DNA of 64,000 nt from Candidatus Nomurabacteria bacterium (GCA_052035195.1 JBPOHU010000001.1:13713-77712), one strand, 5' to 3'. Numbered from the stretch's first letter, positions 44,565 to 54,894 are shown. The notes: a model not told the origin generated them from the letters alone. Program-made: numbers and translations.

Positions 44565-46775
44565 TTATTTAGCTTTCTTTTGGAAACCGCGAGGTTTCTT
44601 TTCTTGAGCAAGAAGTTCTAGTGCTTGTTCCAAAGTGATAGTATAAACATCTAGTGGCACCTTGATTGATCGGAAGTTTCCATCATGGGCTACATAAGGA
44701 CCAAAGCGACCATTGTTAGCAGTGACTTCTTTTTTGCTTTCTGGGTGCTCTCCAAGAGTTCTAGGAAGTGACAAATACTTAAGAGCCATTTCCAAGGTCA
44801 CAGTACTTGGATCTATTGTTTTAGGAATAGAAGCCATTTTTGGTTTCAACTTTTTTTCTCCTTTTTTAGCTTTTCCTTTCTCTGGCATAAGTCCGAGTTG
44901 AACATAAGGACCAAATCTTCCTATTTTGGTAAATATCGGCAATTTTGTTTCTGGGTCAATTCCTATTGGTTCATCGTCTTTTATTTCTGTTCCGTCTATC
45001 ATAAGAGCGCCATCACAATCTGGATATCTATTGCAAGATAGGAATTTGCCTCCGCGACCTAGTTTTACAACCATACCACTACCACAAACTGGACATTTAA
45101 ATTTTTCATCAGCTTCTTCTAGGGTTGTTGCTTTATCAAGCTTTTCTTTTAGCTTAACTTCTTTTTTAAATGGTGTATAAAAATCTCGCAATGTCTTTTC
45201 ATATTCACGATCTCCGTTTGCAATATCGTCGAGCTTATCTTCGATACTAGCTGTAAAAGTGTCAGAGATATATTGCATAAAGTTTTGTTCCAAAAACGTA
45301 GAAACAACTTCGCCTGTGTCAGTCGGCTTGAGAGATCTATTTATTTTTTCTATATAGCCACGAATTTCAAGAGTACTAATAATAGAAGCATAAGTAGATG
45401 GGCGACCTATACCACGGGCTTCCAATTCTTTAACAAGACCTGCTTCAGAGTATCGGTTTGGTGGCTCTGTTTGTTTTTCTAGACTGACTAGTTCAATCAA
45501 ATTAAGTGCTTCGCCTTCTTTAACACTCGGTAGTTCTACATCTTCTCCTTTAGCTCCAACATCAACAGATAGCCATCCAGGGAAAAGTACCTGGCTTCCA
45601 GTAACAGTAAAGTCGGGGATAGAATCACCTTTTACATTTGCAGTAATTCTTGTTTTGAGAAGTTTGGCATCAGCCATTTGAGAAGAAACAGTTCTCTCCC
45701 AAATCAAAGCATAAAGACGCTTTTGTTCTTCATTGTTTCCAGTATTCATTTTCTCAACATGTGTTGGTCTGATTGCTTCGTGTGCTTCTTGAGCATTTTT
45801 TGATTTTGTTTTGTAGGTTCTAGTTTCTAGGTATTCTTTTCCATACTTTTTCTCTACTAGAGAGGCTATAGCACTGAGTGACTGTTTAGAAAGAGTTGTT
45901 GAATCAGTACGCATGTATGATATGTGTCCCGCTTCATAAAGCTTTTGAGCTACTTGCATTGTTCGGCTTGGAGAAAATCCTAGTCGGCTACTTGCAGTTT
46001 GTTGTAGGGTAGAAGTAGTAAAAGGCGCACGAGGAGATCGCTTTTGTTCACTTTCTTTTACTTCTTTTACATACCAAGGTTTACTGTTACCGTCTTTAAG
46101 TATTTTCTCCATCAAAGCTTTGTCTCTAGGCTCTTCTGTACAAGATAAAGTCAAAGATTCTTTCTTTTGAGTTTCGCAATGAGCAGTTAGAGCCCAGTAA
46201 GTCTCAGGTACGAAGGCTTTTATTTCTCGCTCTCTTTCAACCAATATTCTAAGAGCAGGAGATTGAACTCTTCCAGCAGAAAGTCCGTATCTTACTTTTT
46301 GCCAAATTATTCCAGAGAGATCATAACCAACTAGACGGTCGAGCACACGTCTTGCTTCTTGAGCTTTACGTAAATTTGTATCTATTGCTCTAGGGTGCTT
46401 GAGAGCTTCAACTACAGCTTCTTTGGTAATTTCATTAAAGGTTACTCTACTAATAGAAGCTTTAACCTTTTTATCAGCTTTTAGTATTTCTTCTATATGC
46501 CAAGAAATAGCCTCTCCTTCTCGGTCCGGGTCGGTTGCAAGTACAATAGTTTTAGCTTTTTCAGCTAGTGCTTGTAGTTCGTGTACTACTTTGTCTTTAC
46601 CTTTACTGATTTCATAGTGAGGAATAAAACCATTTTCTATATCGATAGCTTTTTTATTTGATTTTGGTAGATCACGCACATGTCCTACAGAAGCGCGAAC
46701 AATATATTCGCCATCTAAGTATTTCTCTATGGTTTTAGCCTTAGAGGGGGACTCAACTATCAAAAGTTTGCTCAT
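44565..46775 (-). CDS. topA: DNA topoisomerase I
   Basis: TOPRIM start LLIVESPSKAKTIEKYLG, active-site Tyr region, and C-terminal Zn-ribbon repeats (CPVCGSGM..CNRYPDC). Confidence 0.95.
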   Translation of the reverse strand: MSKLLIVESPSKAKTIEKYLDGEYIVRASVGHVRDLPKSNKKAIDIENGFIPHYEISKGKDKVVHELQALAEKAKTIVLATDPDREGEAISWHIEEILKADKKVKASISRVTFNEITKEAVVEALKHPRAIDTNLRKAQEARRVLDRLVGYDLSGIIWQKVRYGLSAGRVQSPALRILVEREREIKAFVPETYWALTAHCETQKKESLTLSCTEEPRDKALMEKILKDGNSKPWYVKEVKESEQKRSPRAPFTTSTLQQTASSRLGFSPSRTMQVAQKLYEAGHISYMRTDSTTLSKQSLSAIASLVEKKYGKEYLETRTYKTKSKNAQEAHEAIRPTHVEKMNTGNNEEQKRLYALIWERTVSSQMADAKLLKTRITANVKGDSIPDFTVTGSQVLFPGWLSVDVGAKGEDVELPSVKEGEALNLIELVSLEKQTEPPNRYSEAGLVKELEARGIGRPSTYASIISTLEIRGYIEKINRSLKPTDTGEVVSTFLEQNFMQYISDTFTASIEDKLDDIANGDREYEKTLRDFYTPFKKEVKLKEKLDKATTLEEADEKFKCPVCGSGMVVKLGRGGKFLSCNRYPDCDGALMIDGTEIKDDEPIGIDPETKLPIFTKIGRFGPYVQLGLMPEKGKAKKGEKKLKPKMASIPKTIDPSTVTLEMALKYLSLPRTLGEHPESKKEVTANNGRFGPYVAHDGNFRSIKVPLDVYTITLEQALELLAQEKKPRGFQKKAK

Positions 46776-46821
46776 ATGGTATGCAGTAGTACCATGCTAC
46801 AAAAAAAATGGCAAATTTTAC

Positions 46822-47694
46822 TCAAGCAATTCTTTCTATTATTCCGTAAGTTTCTTTTATAAGACCTTTGATTTCAAGGGTTGAAAGGATGACATTTATT
46901 TCAGAAGATTCCATTTCTAAACTATCTATTAACTGGTCTTTTGTCTTTGGTTCTTTGAGAGCATCAAGAACCAGGCCTTCTTTTTCATTTACCAACAACC
47001 CTGACAAAGGTACATCTTTTGCTTCAAGCCCAAGCTCTTTTAGAATATCTCCACTTGAAGTTATAGGAGTAGCGCCTAGTCGGAGCAACCAGTTTGTCCC
47101 TTGTGAGGAGTTGCTATAAATACTTCCTGGGACAGCACCTACTATTTTATTGTATTCAGTACCGAGTCTGGCTGTGATGAGCGCGCCAGACTTTTCTTGT
47201 GCCTCTATTATGATTATCATGTCGGCAATACCAGCTACTATTCTATTTCTTTGAGGAAAGGTCCAAATAGCCCCGCGAGTCTCTGGTGTATATTCAGAAA
47301 ACAAAGCACCACCTTTTTCTAAAATATCTTTCGCTAAGTCTCTATTTATTGCAGGATAGAGTGTTTTCCAAGAAAGCCCTGATCCGGGAAATGCTATTGT
47401 TGTCAGACCAGAGCTCAAAGCCGCTTTGTGAACTATAGAATCAATACCCATAGCCAAACCAGAGACTATAACTATATTGTATCCACGTAATCCTTCTATA
47501 AGGGTTTTACAAACATTTGCTCCATAGCTAGTACAAGCACGAGAACCAACAAAAGCGATAATTTTCTTATGCTTTACATTATCCATTGTGCCCCTCATAA
47601 AAAACCTTTTAGGTTTTTGGGGTATTTCTGCAAGACTAGGAAATGTCTCAATAGGGTCAACTTCTTGAATGGGAAATTTTTCATTATTTTCCAT
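46822..47694 (-). CDS. dprA: DNA processing protein DprA (Smf)
   Basis: Rossmann-like DprA core (VGSRACTSYGANVCKTLIEGL..IVSGLAMGIDSIVHKAAL) and C-terminal winged-helix-like region. Start taken at the internal ATG 47694 to avoid overlapping serS. Confidence 0.85.
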   Translation of the reverse strand: MENNEKFPIQEVDPIETFPSLAEIPQKPKRFFMRGTMDNVKHKKIIAFVGSRACTSYGANVCKTLIEGLRGYNIVIVSGLAMGIDSIVHKAALSSGLTTIAFPGSGLSWKTLYPAINRDLAKDILEKGGALFSEYTPETRGAIWTFPQRNRIVAGIADMIIIIEAQEKSGALITARLGTEYNKIVGAVPGSIYSNSSQGTNWLLRLGATPITSSGDILKELGLEAKDVPLSGLLVNEKEGLVLDALKEPKTKDQLIDSLEMESSEINVILSTLEIKGLIKETYGIIERIA

Positions 47695-47734
47695 GGTGTT
47701 GAATAATTGTATCACTTTAGGTACTATGTTATAT

Positions 47735-49003
47735 ATGCTCGACATTAAATTCATTCGCGAAAACCCAGATCTTATTAAAGAAGCTGTTAGAAAAAAACAC
47801 CTGTCGTTTGATGTCGACAAGCTATTATCGGCAGAAGAAAAGAGAAAAGAAGCCTTAACTGCTTTTGAGACTATCCGTGCAGAGCAGAACGAGCTCTCTG
47901 ACAAAGTAGCCAAAGCTACTCCAGAAGAGAGAGCAACTTTACTAGAAGCTCTCAAGCCTATCAAAGAGAAAGTTCAAGCTGCTGAAGAGGTTGTTAGAGC
48001 TGTTACAAAAGATTGGCAAGAGTTGATGTTGCAAGTTCCAAACGTTCCAGATGTTTCTGTGCCAGAAGGAGAAGATGATAGTGGTAACGTTGAGGTGCGA
48101 ACTTGGGGAGAGAAAACACAATTTTCTTTCACACCAAAAAACCATATTGAACTTATGGAAAGTTTAGGAATGGCTGACTTTGAAAAAGGCGCAGAGGTTT
48201 CTGGTTTTAGAGGTTACTTTTTGAAAGGAGATGGAGCTTTGCTTGAATTTGCTCTTTGGCAATTTGTTACTGAATTTTTTAGAACAAAAAAGCCGGATTA
48301 TGAATTTATGCTTGTCCCATCACTCGTTCGACGAGAGACTCTTTTGGGTACTGGTTATTTGCCACAAGGGGAAGATGATTTGTATAAAACACAAGATTCA
48401 GACTATCTCTCTGGTACAGCAGAAGTAGCTGTTATGAGTTATTTTTCTGATAAGGTTTTAAATGTTTCTGATTTTCCAATCAAGAAAATAGCATTCTCTA
48501 CTGCTTTCCGCCGAGAAGCAGGAAGTCATAGTAAGGATACAAAGGGTTTGTTTAGAGTTCATGAATTTCACAAGTTCGAACAAGTAATACTCTGTGAAGC
48601 AAATCACGAGACTTCTGTTGCTTTCCATGAAGAACTCCTAGCTAATGCAGAAGAGCTTTTGCAAGCCCTTGAAGTTCCATACCATGTTGTTGTTAACTGC
48701 GGAGGAGATCTAGGACTAGGACAAGTCAAAAAGTATGACATAGAAGCCTGGGTTCCTTCTCAAAATACATACCGAGAAACTCACTCTTGTTCTTATTTCC
48801 ATGATTTTCAATCAAGAAGATTGAACTTGAAATACAAGGATGCTGAAGGCAAAAGCCACTTTGCTCACTCTTTGAACAATACTGCTTTGGCAACTCCTAG
48901 AATCTTGCAACATATAGTAGAGAATTATCAACAAGAAGACGGAACTATCAGAGTGCCTGCTGTTCTACAGAAATATATAGGAAAGGAAATAATGGGTAAA
49001 TAA
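47735..49003 (+). CDS. serS: Seryl-tRNA synthetase
   Basis: N-terminal coiled-coil (MLDIKFIREN..) and class II aaRS motifs (FRREAGSHSKDTKGLFRVHEF, GLGQVKKYDIEAW). Confidence 0.9.
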   Translation: MLDIKFIRENPDLIKEAVRKKHLSFDVDKLLSAEEKRKEALTAFETIRAEQNELSDKVAKATPEERATLLEALKPIKEKVQAAEEVVRAVTKDWQELMLQVPNVPDVSVPEGEDDSGNVEVRTWGEKTQFSFTPKNHIELMESLGMADFEKGAEVSGFRGYFLKGDGALLEFALWQFVTEFFRTKKPDYEFMLVPSLVRRETLLGTGYLPQGEDDLYKTQDSDYLSGTAEVAVMSYFSDKVLNVSDFPIKKIAFSTAFRREAGSHSKDTKGLFRVHEFHKFEQVILCEANHETSVAFHEELLANAEELLQALEVPYHVVVNCGGDLGLGQVKKYDIEAWVPSQNTYRETHSCSYFHDFQSRRLNLKYKDAEGKSHFAHSLNNTALATPRILQHIVENYQQEDGTIRVPAVLQKYIGKEIMGK

Positions 49004-49012
49004 TACATTTTT

Positions 49013-49852
49013 ATGTATGAAAAGACGTATCACACCCGGGTACTAAAACAAGATGAACCAAAAAAGGCCCAAAAGGGTTTTTCTTGGAAAAAGGCATTAA
49101 TTATTTTTCTGATACTAGCTTTTGTTTCGGGTGCTATTTTTGCTATTAGACATCCTCGTTTACAGGTCACTAGTGTGAGTGTTTTAGGTACACAAGTTCT
49201 TGATGTAGAAGATGTTGTCTCTTTTACAAAAGAACAATTAGTTGGAAAAAAATTATGGATTTTGCCCAAGAGTAGTATTTTTCTAGTTGATGAATCTTAT
49301 TTAAAAAATACAATAAAACAAAAATTCTCTAGAATAGAAAATATTTCAGTTTCAAGAGATAACTTTCATGGTTTAACCATAGAAATAAAAGAATTTGATG
49401 CTTTGTATTTATGGTGCAATCAGTCTTCAGCAGAGGATTGTTATTTTATGGACAATCAAGGCATGGTCTATAGCAATGCTCCAGTATTCTCTGGTACAGC
49501 TTATCCAAAAATAATAACAAACAAAGAAGTCTCGCCTCTACCTTTTTCCGCTATGGAAGTGAGTGAAGTATCTAGAATTACTATGTTAAATGATAGGCTC
49601 TCTGTTATAGGTATTACCCCTGTTAGTTTCAAATATATCTCTAGTAGAGAAATGATTGTTGAATTTTTGCATAATAAAGATATTTCAACTATAAAAGTAG
49701 ATCCAAATACAGCAACAGAAACAACTTTGGAATATATTTTTTCAGCTATTAGAACAGAGCCATTTTCTTCTTTGTTTCAAAATTCAGAAAAAAAGCTTTT
49801 GTACATAGATGTTCGTTTCCCAAGTAAAGTAGTTTATAAATTTGAAGAATAA
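49013..49852 (+). CDS. FtsQ/DivIB-like cell-division protein (TM + POTRA)
   Basis: Single TM (ALIIFLILAFVSGAIFAI), then a POTRA-like region (LQVTSVSVLGTQVLDVEDVV..ISVSRDNFHGLTIEIKE). Confidence 0.5.
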   Translation: MYEKTYHTRVLKQDEPKKAQKGFSWKKALIIFLILAFVSGAIFAIRHPRLQVTSVSVLGTQVLDVEDVVSFTKEQLVGKKLWILPKSSIFLVDESYLKNTIKQKFSRIENISVSRDNFHGLTIEIKEFDALYLWCNQSSAEDCYFMDNQGMVYSNAPVFSGTAYPKIITNKEVSPLPFSAMEVSEVSRITMLNDRLSVIGITPVSFKYISSREMIVEFLHNKDISTIKVDPNTATETTLEYIFSAIRTEPFSSLFQNSEKKLLYIDVRFPSKVVYKFEE

Positions 49853-50954
49853 AATGAGTAACTTTTGGTTAGATTTAAAAAATAAAAAACAAGGACCATT
49901 TTTCGCTCTTGCTCCCATGGCGGATGTTACCGATCCTGCTTTTCGTTTACTCATCACAAAATACGGCAAGCCAGATGTTATGTGGACAGAGTTTGTATCT
50001 GCCAATGGTTTAAATAGTAAGGGCAGGGAAGTATTAAAGAGAGATTTAGAATACTCTGAAATAGAAAGACCTATTGTTGCTCAGCTTTTTTCTTCAGACC
50101 CTATTTCTATGAGAGAAGCTTCTAAGCTATGCGCAGAACTTGGTTTTGATGGGATAGACATCAATATGGGTTGTCCAGATAAAACCATAGAAAAACAAGG
50201 CTCTGGTGCTGGCATGATCAAAACTCCAGAAATAGCAAAGACGATAATACAAGCAGTAAAAGACGGGATAGCTTCTTCTGGTAAAGATATTCCTGTATCT
50301 GTAAAAACTCGTGTTGGGTATTACACTCCCGCAATAAAAGAGTGGATAGGTATGATACTAAATCAAGACATCTCTGCTTTGACTGTGCACGCTCGTACTA
50401 GAAAAGATTTGTCTAAAGTTCCAGCAAATTGGGATTATATAAAAGAAGTAGTAGAGCTGAAAAATAAAATATCTCCAAACACAGTTATCATTGGTAATGG
50501 TGATGTAGTGTCTATCTTAGATGGAAAACAAAAAGCCAAATACAGTGGCGCTGATGGAGTGATGGTAGGTAGAGCTCTTTTTGGGAACCCTTGGTTTTTT
50601 GATGAATCAAGAGAGATAGTTGCCACTCTTCCAAAGCGTGCTCCATGGATACTTCGCAAGCTACCATTTATAAAAAGATTTTTTGATACTAAAAGAAGTG
50701 CCGCTGTTTCTAATGTTAAGCCTATCTCTATTAAAGAAAGGCTTGAGACTATGGTAGAGCACTGTGAAATGTTTGAGGCCATGCTCTGTCCGCCAGCTGG
50801 CGGAAAGAACTTTTCTATTATGAAAAAGCATATCAAGGCATATGTTATTGGTTTTCCTGGAGCCAAAGAGCTTCGAGTAGATTTGATGGAAAATGCCAAC
50901 AATTCTAAAGACGTAAAAGCGATAGTTGAGAGGTTTTTGACTTCTAAGTCATAA
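49842..50954 (+). CDS. tRNA-dihydrouridine synthase
   Basis: Dus motifs FALAPMADVTD and DINMGCP. TIM-barrel FMN-binding pattern. Confidence 0.85.
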   Translation: MKNKMSNFWLDLKNKKQGPFFALAPMADVTDPAFRLLITKYGKPDVMWTEFVSANGLNSKGREVLKRDLEYSEIERPIVAQLFSSDPISMREASKLCAELGFDGIDINMGCPDKTIEKQGSGAGMIKTPEIAKTIIQAVKDGIASSGKDIPVSVKTRVGYYTPAIKEWIGMILNQDISALTVHARTRKDLSKVPANWDYIKEVVELKNKISPNTVIIGNGDVVSILDGKQKAKYSGADGVMVGRALFGNPWFFDESREIVATLPKRAPWILRKLPFIKRFFDTKRSAAVSNVKPISIKERLETMVEHCEMFEAMLCPPAGGKNFSIMKKHIKAYVIGFPGAKELRVDLMENANNSKDVKAIVERFLTSKS

Positions 50955-50984
50955 AAAAGCTATATTATTGGCAAACCTATTAAA

Positions 50985-51446
50985 ATGCCAATAGAAGAAC
51001 AAATAACCCCAGCCGTTGAGCCAAATATTTTTTTGCTCAGCACCTCTGAACTTTCTGTCTTGAAAAGTAAACTTGATAAAGCAAATCAGCAAAAACTGAA
51101 GTATGAAAAAGAGATAGACTCTTGGTTTTCGCAGCTAGAAAATAAACTTTTAAAAAAGATCCCAGAAGATCATAATATTTTAAAGATTATTAACTCTAAT
51201 ATTAGAGCCAAAGAAAACAGGACAATTTTAAAGTGTTTTTTGGATGGTACTTTTAATAAAGAAAAAGTGTCCCTGCGTAAGTCCGGCTTTACTGTAAAGA
51301 TATTCACTACCATGATGCCTGTAGTGATTAATCAACAAGACCTTTTGGCTCTTGTAAATGAGTTAAACGGCTTCTGGTTTTCTAACGTTAGCTTAGACGT
51401 TAAATTAGACCAACCTTATGTTTATTTTTCTTTCGCATGGCTATAG
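50985..51446 (+). CDS. Hypothetical protein (153 aa)
   Basis: ORF followed by a terminator hairpin (CCCGCT..AGCGGGG plus T-run at about 51455-51490). Confidence 0.35.
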   Translation: MPIEEQITPAVEPNIFLLSTSELSVLKSKLDKANQQKLKYEKEIDSWFSQLENKLLKKIPEDHNILKIINSNIRAKENRTILKCFLDGTFNKEKVSLRKSGFTVKIFTTMMPVVINQQDLLALVNELNGFWFSNVSLDVKLDQPYVYFSFAWL

Positions 51447-51505
51447 CATCCCATCCCGCTTCAAAAGAGCGGGGTTTTTATTTTTTTGGTACAATGTTTT
51501 CACAT

Positions 51506-52558
51506 ATGGCAAATGAAGAAAATAACCAGGTTCTTTATCGCAAATACAGACCCGCAGACTGGGATGCTGTTTTGGGGCAAGAGCATATAGTCTCTGTACT
51601 TACGCAGTCTATTGCTAATTCTTCATTTGCTCATGCGTATCTCTTTACTGGTAGTCGCGGTACCGGCAAGACTTCTGTGGCTCGTATTTTTGCCCGGGCG
51701 CTTGGCACAACACCAGAAGACGTCATAGAGATAGATGCCGCTTCAAATCGTGGTATAGACGATATTAGAGCCCTTAGGGAGGCTGTGAGGACCTTTCCTT
51801 TCTCTTCTCCTTACAAGGTCTATATTATTGATGAGGTACACATGCTTTCAAAGGATGCTTTCAATGCTCTCCTAAAGACACTAGAGGAGCCACCAAAGCA
51901 TGTGATATTTATCTTGGCGACAACAGAGTTGGACAAAGTACCTGAAACTATTCTTTCTCGTTGTCAGACATTTTCTTTTCGAAAACCAACAGAGAAAATA
52001 CTTACTCTCATGGTAGAAGATATAGCAAAGAGAGAGAAAGTAAATATCGATAATGAATCTGCTTCTTTGATAGGCTTTCTCGGAGATGGATCATTTCGTG
52101 ATACTTATGGTCTCTTGCAGAAAGTCCTCTCTGCAACAGCAGACCGCAAAATCACAAGAGAATTAGTAGAGAAAGTAACAGGAGCTCCATCACTCAAAGT
52201 CATTCATGAGCTCTATGATGCTTTGATAAACAAAGACATAGCGAGCGCTTATGAAGTCTTGGCAAAGAGCAACGAACATCACACTGATATGATGCTCCTG
52301 GCTGAGCTCTTGCTCGATACTATGCGCATGAGTTTGATGTATCGTTATGCTCCTAAGATGCGAGAGCAAATAGAAGCAGAGCACAATGAAAGTTATATAG
52401 AAATAATCAAGCGGGGAGCAGTAGAAGGAGCGGAGGTTATCACTTCAGGAAGTGTTTTAGCTCTCATCAAAGCCGTAGAGCGTATAGCCTATGCTTCTAT
52501 ACCCGTTTTGCCACTTGAACTCGCATTCCTAGAAATGGTTGGGGTTGAAACAAAATAA
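51506..52558 (+). CDS. dnaX: DNA polymerase III subunit gamma/tau, short form
   Basis: YRKYRPADWDAVLGQEHIV, Walker A GSRGTGKTS, and the DEVHML box. About 350 aa. Start taken after the upstream terminator, with a TACAAT -10 box 10 nt upstream. Confidence 0.75.
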   Translation: MANEENNQVLYRKYRPADWDAVLGQEHIVSVLTQSIANSSFAHAYLFTGSRGTGKTSVARIFARALGTTPEDVIEIDAASNRGIDDIRALREAVRTFPFSSPYKVYIIDEVHMLSKDAFNALLKTLEEPPKHVIFILATTELDKVPETILSRCQTFSFRKPTEKILTLMVEDIAKREKVNIDNESASLIGFLGDGSFRDTYGLLQKVLSATADRKITRELVEKVTGAPSLKVIHELYDALINKDIASAYEVLAKSNEHHTDMMLLAELLLDTMRMSLMYRYAPKMREQIEAEHNESYIEIIKRGAVEGAEVITSGSVLALIKAVERIAYASIPVLPLELAFLEMVGVETK

Positions 52559-52603
52559 CTATATAAAACTCTTTGTTCTTGGTATAATACTTGTATCCTA
52601 CCT

Positions 52604-53299
52604 ATGATAAAAAAAGAGTTTGAGAGAAAAAATGCTATCAAGTTAAGAAAGCAAGGTCTCACGTACCAAGAAATTTTAAATAAAATACCTGTTGCCAAGT
52701 CCACGCTCTCTCTGTGGCTTCGTGATGTTGGTTTGGCAAAGAGACAAAAACAAATTCTTTCACAAAAGAAAATTTTATCCGCCAAAAGGGGTGGTATCGC
52801 AAAGAAAAATCAAAGAATTGAAAAGCTTAATACTATTGTTAATAATGCCTCAAAGGATATTGGCACAATCTCTGATAAAGAATTGTTTTTGATAGGTACG
52901 ACGCTCTATTGGGCTGAAGGAGCAAAAGAAAAGCCTGATAGACCAGGCTCTGGATTCCAATTTGGCAACATGGATCCAAGGATGGTGCAGGTGGTTCTCG
53001 CTTGGTTAGAAAGGGTATGTAAAATTCAAAAAAGTATGGTAGTATACGAGCTGTACATTCATAAAAGCCATAAAAACAGGCTCTCAGAGATGGTAAAATA
53101 CTGGGAGAATACTCTTGGTTTGAACAGAGGCAGTATTACTAAAGTTTATTTAAAAAATAACCAATCTAGCAATACAAACCGTAAAAATACAGGATCAGAG
53201 TATCGAGGACTTATCCGCATACGAGTAAATCAAAGCTCTACTCTAGTTAGAGAGATTGCAGGATGGGTCAATGGCATATATAAAGAAATTTGTGAATAA
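52604..53299 (+). CDS. HTH-domain protein with a LAGLIDADG-like motif (possible homing-endonuclease-like DNA-binding protein)
   Basis: N-terminal HTH (LRKQGLTYQEILNKIPVAKSTLSLWLRDV). Central LFLIGTTLYWAEGAK resembles a LAGLIDADG helix. Ends 1 nt before tRNA-Gln. Confidence 0.35.
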   Translation: MIKKEFERKNAIKLRKQGLTYQEILNKIPVAKSTLSLWLRDVGLAKRQKQILSQKKILSAKRGGIAKKNQRIEKLNTIVNNASKDIGTISDKELFLIGTTLYWAEGAKEKPDRPGSGFQFGNMDPRMVQVVLAWLERVCKIQKSMVVYELYIHKSHKNRLSEMVKYWENTLGLNRGSITKVYLKNNQSSNTNRKNTGSEYRGLIRIRVNQSSTLVREIAGWVNGIYKEICE

Positions 53300-53300
53300 A

Positions 53301-53375
53301 GCTGGGGTATCGTCTAACGGCAGGACTACGGTTTTTGGTACCGTCTATCGAGGTTCGAATCCTTGTACCCCAGCT
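53301..53375 (+). tRNA. tRNA-Gln (anticodon UUG)
   Basis: GCTGGGGTATCGTCTAACGGCAGGACTACGGTTTTTGGTACCGTCTATCGAGGTTCGAATCCTTGTACCCCAGCT. Anticodon arm ACGGT-TTTTGGT-ACCGT, T-loop GGTTCGAATCC. No encoded CCA. Confidence 0.8.
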
Positions 53376-53576
53376 TTGCACATAAATTTCTTTTGACTGA
53401 AAAAGTTTTAGGCGACCGCGTGCCACCATAGCTTTCTTTGACCCAACGTAGCTTTAGCGAAGTAGGTAGCGGTGGAGCAAGGAGAGATTCCTTGTCGGGT
53501 AGCTAGAGGAGGGTAATTTGTTATACAGACAAATTATCTTTACATAAAGCAAAAACTTCTATGATAGAATATCTAA

Positions 53577-54191
53577 ATGGCAAAGGTTGCTTTTATTGAT
53601 GTTCAAAATACAGAAACTACAGTTCAGAAATGGTTAGGTTTTTCAATTGATTGGCAAAAATTTGTTTCTTTTCTGAAAACTGACTGGGGTTGTAATCATG
53701 TGTATTTTTATTTAGGTATTCAGCAAGGAGACACGACAAGAGCTCAAGAGTTTGATAGCTTAAAGAGCGCAGATGTTACTGTTCGACCTAAGTACTATTT
53801 TGTACATAAAGTCAGTGATAAAACAGTCAATACAACCTGTCCGGTATGTTCACAAAAAATAACTGTTAAGGTTGATATGGGATATACATGGAAATGTAAC
53901 TGTGATGTTGAGCTAACCGCAGACGTTCTCGACCATGCTCAACCAGACACTCAGATGTATCTTTTTAGTGGTGATGGGGACTTTGAGTTTCTTATCGATA
54001 AAGTCTTAGGAAAAGGAACAGATCTTGTTTCTATAGTTTCAACTTCCAAACCCCGAATAGTGGCTGGTCGTTCTGATTATAGACTCTCAAAAAAACTAAA
54101 GGCTATGACTAGAAATAAATTGGTTAAAATTTTAGAGATTGATAATATTAAAAAGAAAATAGAGAGTGGCGCGGTAATATCTACAGCTTAA
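53577..54191 (+). CDS. NYN/LabA-like (PIN-fold) domain protein with inserted zinc ribbon
   Basis: VAFIDVQN..YFYLG..DVELTADVLDH..YLFSGDGDFEFLI is the NYN pattern. A CPVC..CNC insert. Followed by a terminator hairpin (54197-54217). Confidence 0.6.
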   Translation: MAKVAFIDVQNTETTVQKWLGFSIDWQKFVSFLKTDWGCNHVYFYLGIQQGDTTRAQEFDSLKSADVTVRPKYYFVHKVSDKTVNTTCPVCSQKITVKVDMGYTWKCNCDVELTADVLDHAQPDTQMYLFSGDGDFEFLIDKVLGKGTDLVSIVSTSKPRIVAGRSDYRLSKKLKAMTRNKLVKILEIDNIKKKIESGAVISTA

Positions 54192-54325
54192 AACGCAAAA
54201 GAGCCGCGAAGCGCGACTCTCTTTAGCGATAGTAATACTATATACAAACACTGATTATTTGTCAAGTCAAGATGTGCATAACTCAACCAAACTTAGATAA
54301 ACAACCTTAATTTGCAATAAATACT

Positions 54326-54366
54326 GTTCTAATATCGCCCCAAACCTTCAGCAAATAAGCTATACT
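54326..54366 (+). repeat. Island intergenic motif copy 1 (full, promoter-type: ..GTTCTAATATCGCCCCAAACCTTCAGCAAATAAGCTATACT)
   Basis: Ends in a TATACT -10-like box 6 nt before ATG 54373. Confidence 0.6.
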
Positions 54367-54372
54367 TTAATT

Positions 54373-54837
54373 ATGGAACAATTACTTAATTCGAACGAGA
54401 AGCCAGAATCATCAAAAATAATTGATGAACAACTTGAGGCGCTTAAAAAAAATACTCAAGAAAATATAGAGGATAATGAATTCCTATTAAAACACCATTT
54501 TGAACTTTTAAAGAGATATATTGAAATACTCAAAGATAGTGAAGACTGGATCAAAGAAATGATTGCTTTTAGTAAGCAGAATGAAGAAATGGACAATTTC
54601 TTTAAAGAGCAAGGCAAAGAATCATCATTTTCTAGCAGATCGTATACGGTTGAGGATGTAGAAAGAGAGTTACAAAATATTGAAAAAATAAAATCTGAAA
54701 TAAAAGAAATTCATAGACTTATTACTGATATGCAACTTGATACAGTAAAAGAAAGAGAAGATTTAGATCTATTAAATGAATTGGAAAAAGAATTTAAGGA
54801 AACTGTAATGAGGATTGCCCCAGACCGACTGAATTAA
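54373..54837 (+). CDS. Hypothetical acidic coiled-coil protein (154 aa)
   Basis: ORF with a -10 box 6 nt upstream. No recognizable domain. Confidence 0.4.
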   Translation: MEQLLNSNEKPESSKIIDEQLEALKKNTQENIEDNEFLLKHHFELLKRYIEILKDSEDWIKEMIAFSKQNEEMDNFFKEQGKESSFSSRSYTVEDVERELQNIEKIKSEIKEIHRLITDMQLDTVKEREDLDLLNELEKEFKETVMRIAPDRLN

Positions 54838-54845
54838 TCAGTATA

Positions 54846-54894
54846 GTTCCAACATCGCCCCAAACTGCCAGCTACGACTTTTTTGAGTTATAAT
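54846..54894 (+). repeat. Island intergenic motif copy 2 (GTTCCAACATCGCCCCAAACTGCCAGC..TATAAT)
   Basis: TATAAT at 54889-54894, 6 nt before ATG 54901. Confidence 0.6.

Noticed and set aside
46822-47964. N-terminal 90-aa extension of dprA and ORF-track start of serS at 47669
   Set aside because: The extensions overlap each other divergently and are low-complexity. The internal starts (dprA 47694, serS 47735) give canonical N-termini (MENNEK.. and MLDIKFIREN..).
53376-53576. Moderately GC-rich 200-nt spacer after tRNA-Gln as a second small RNA
   Set aside because: Only short imperfect hairpins are present (CAAGGAGAGATTCCTTG), and there is no clear promoter/terminator pair. More likely a remnant or the leader of the NYN gene.
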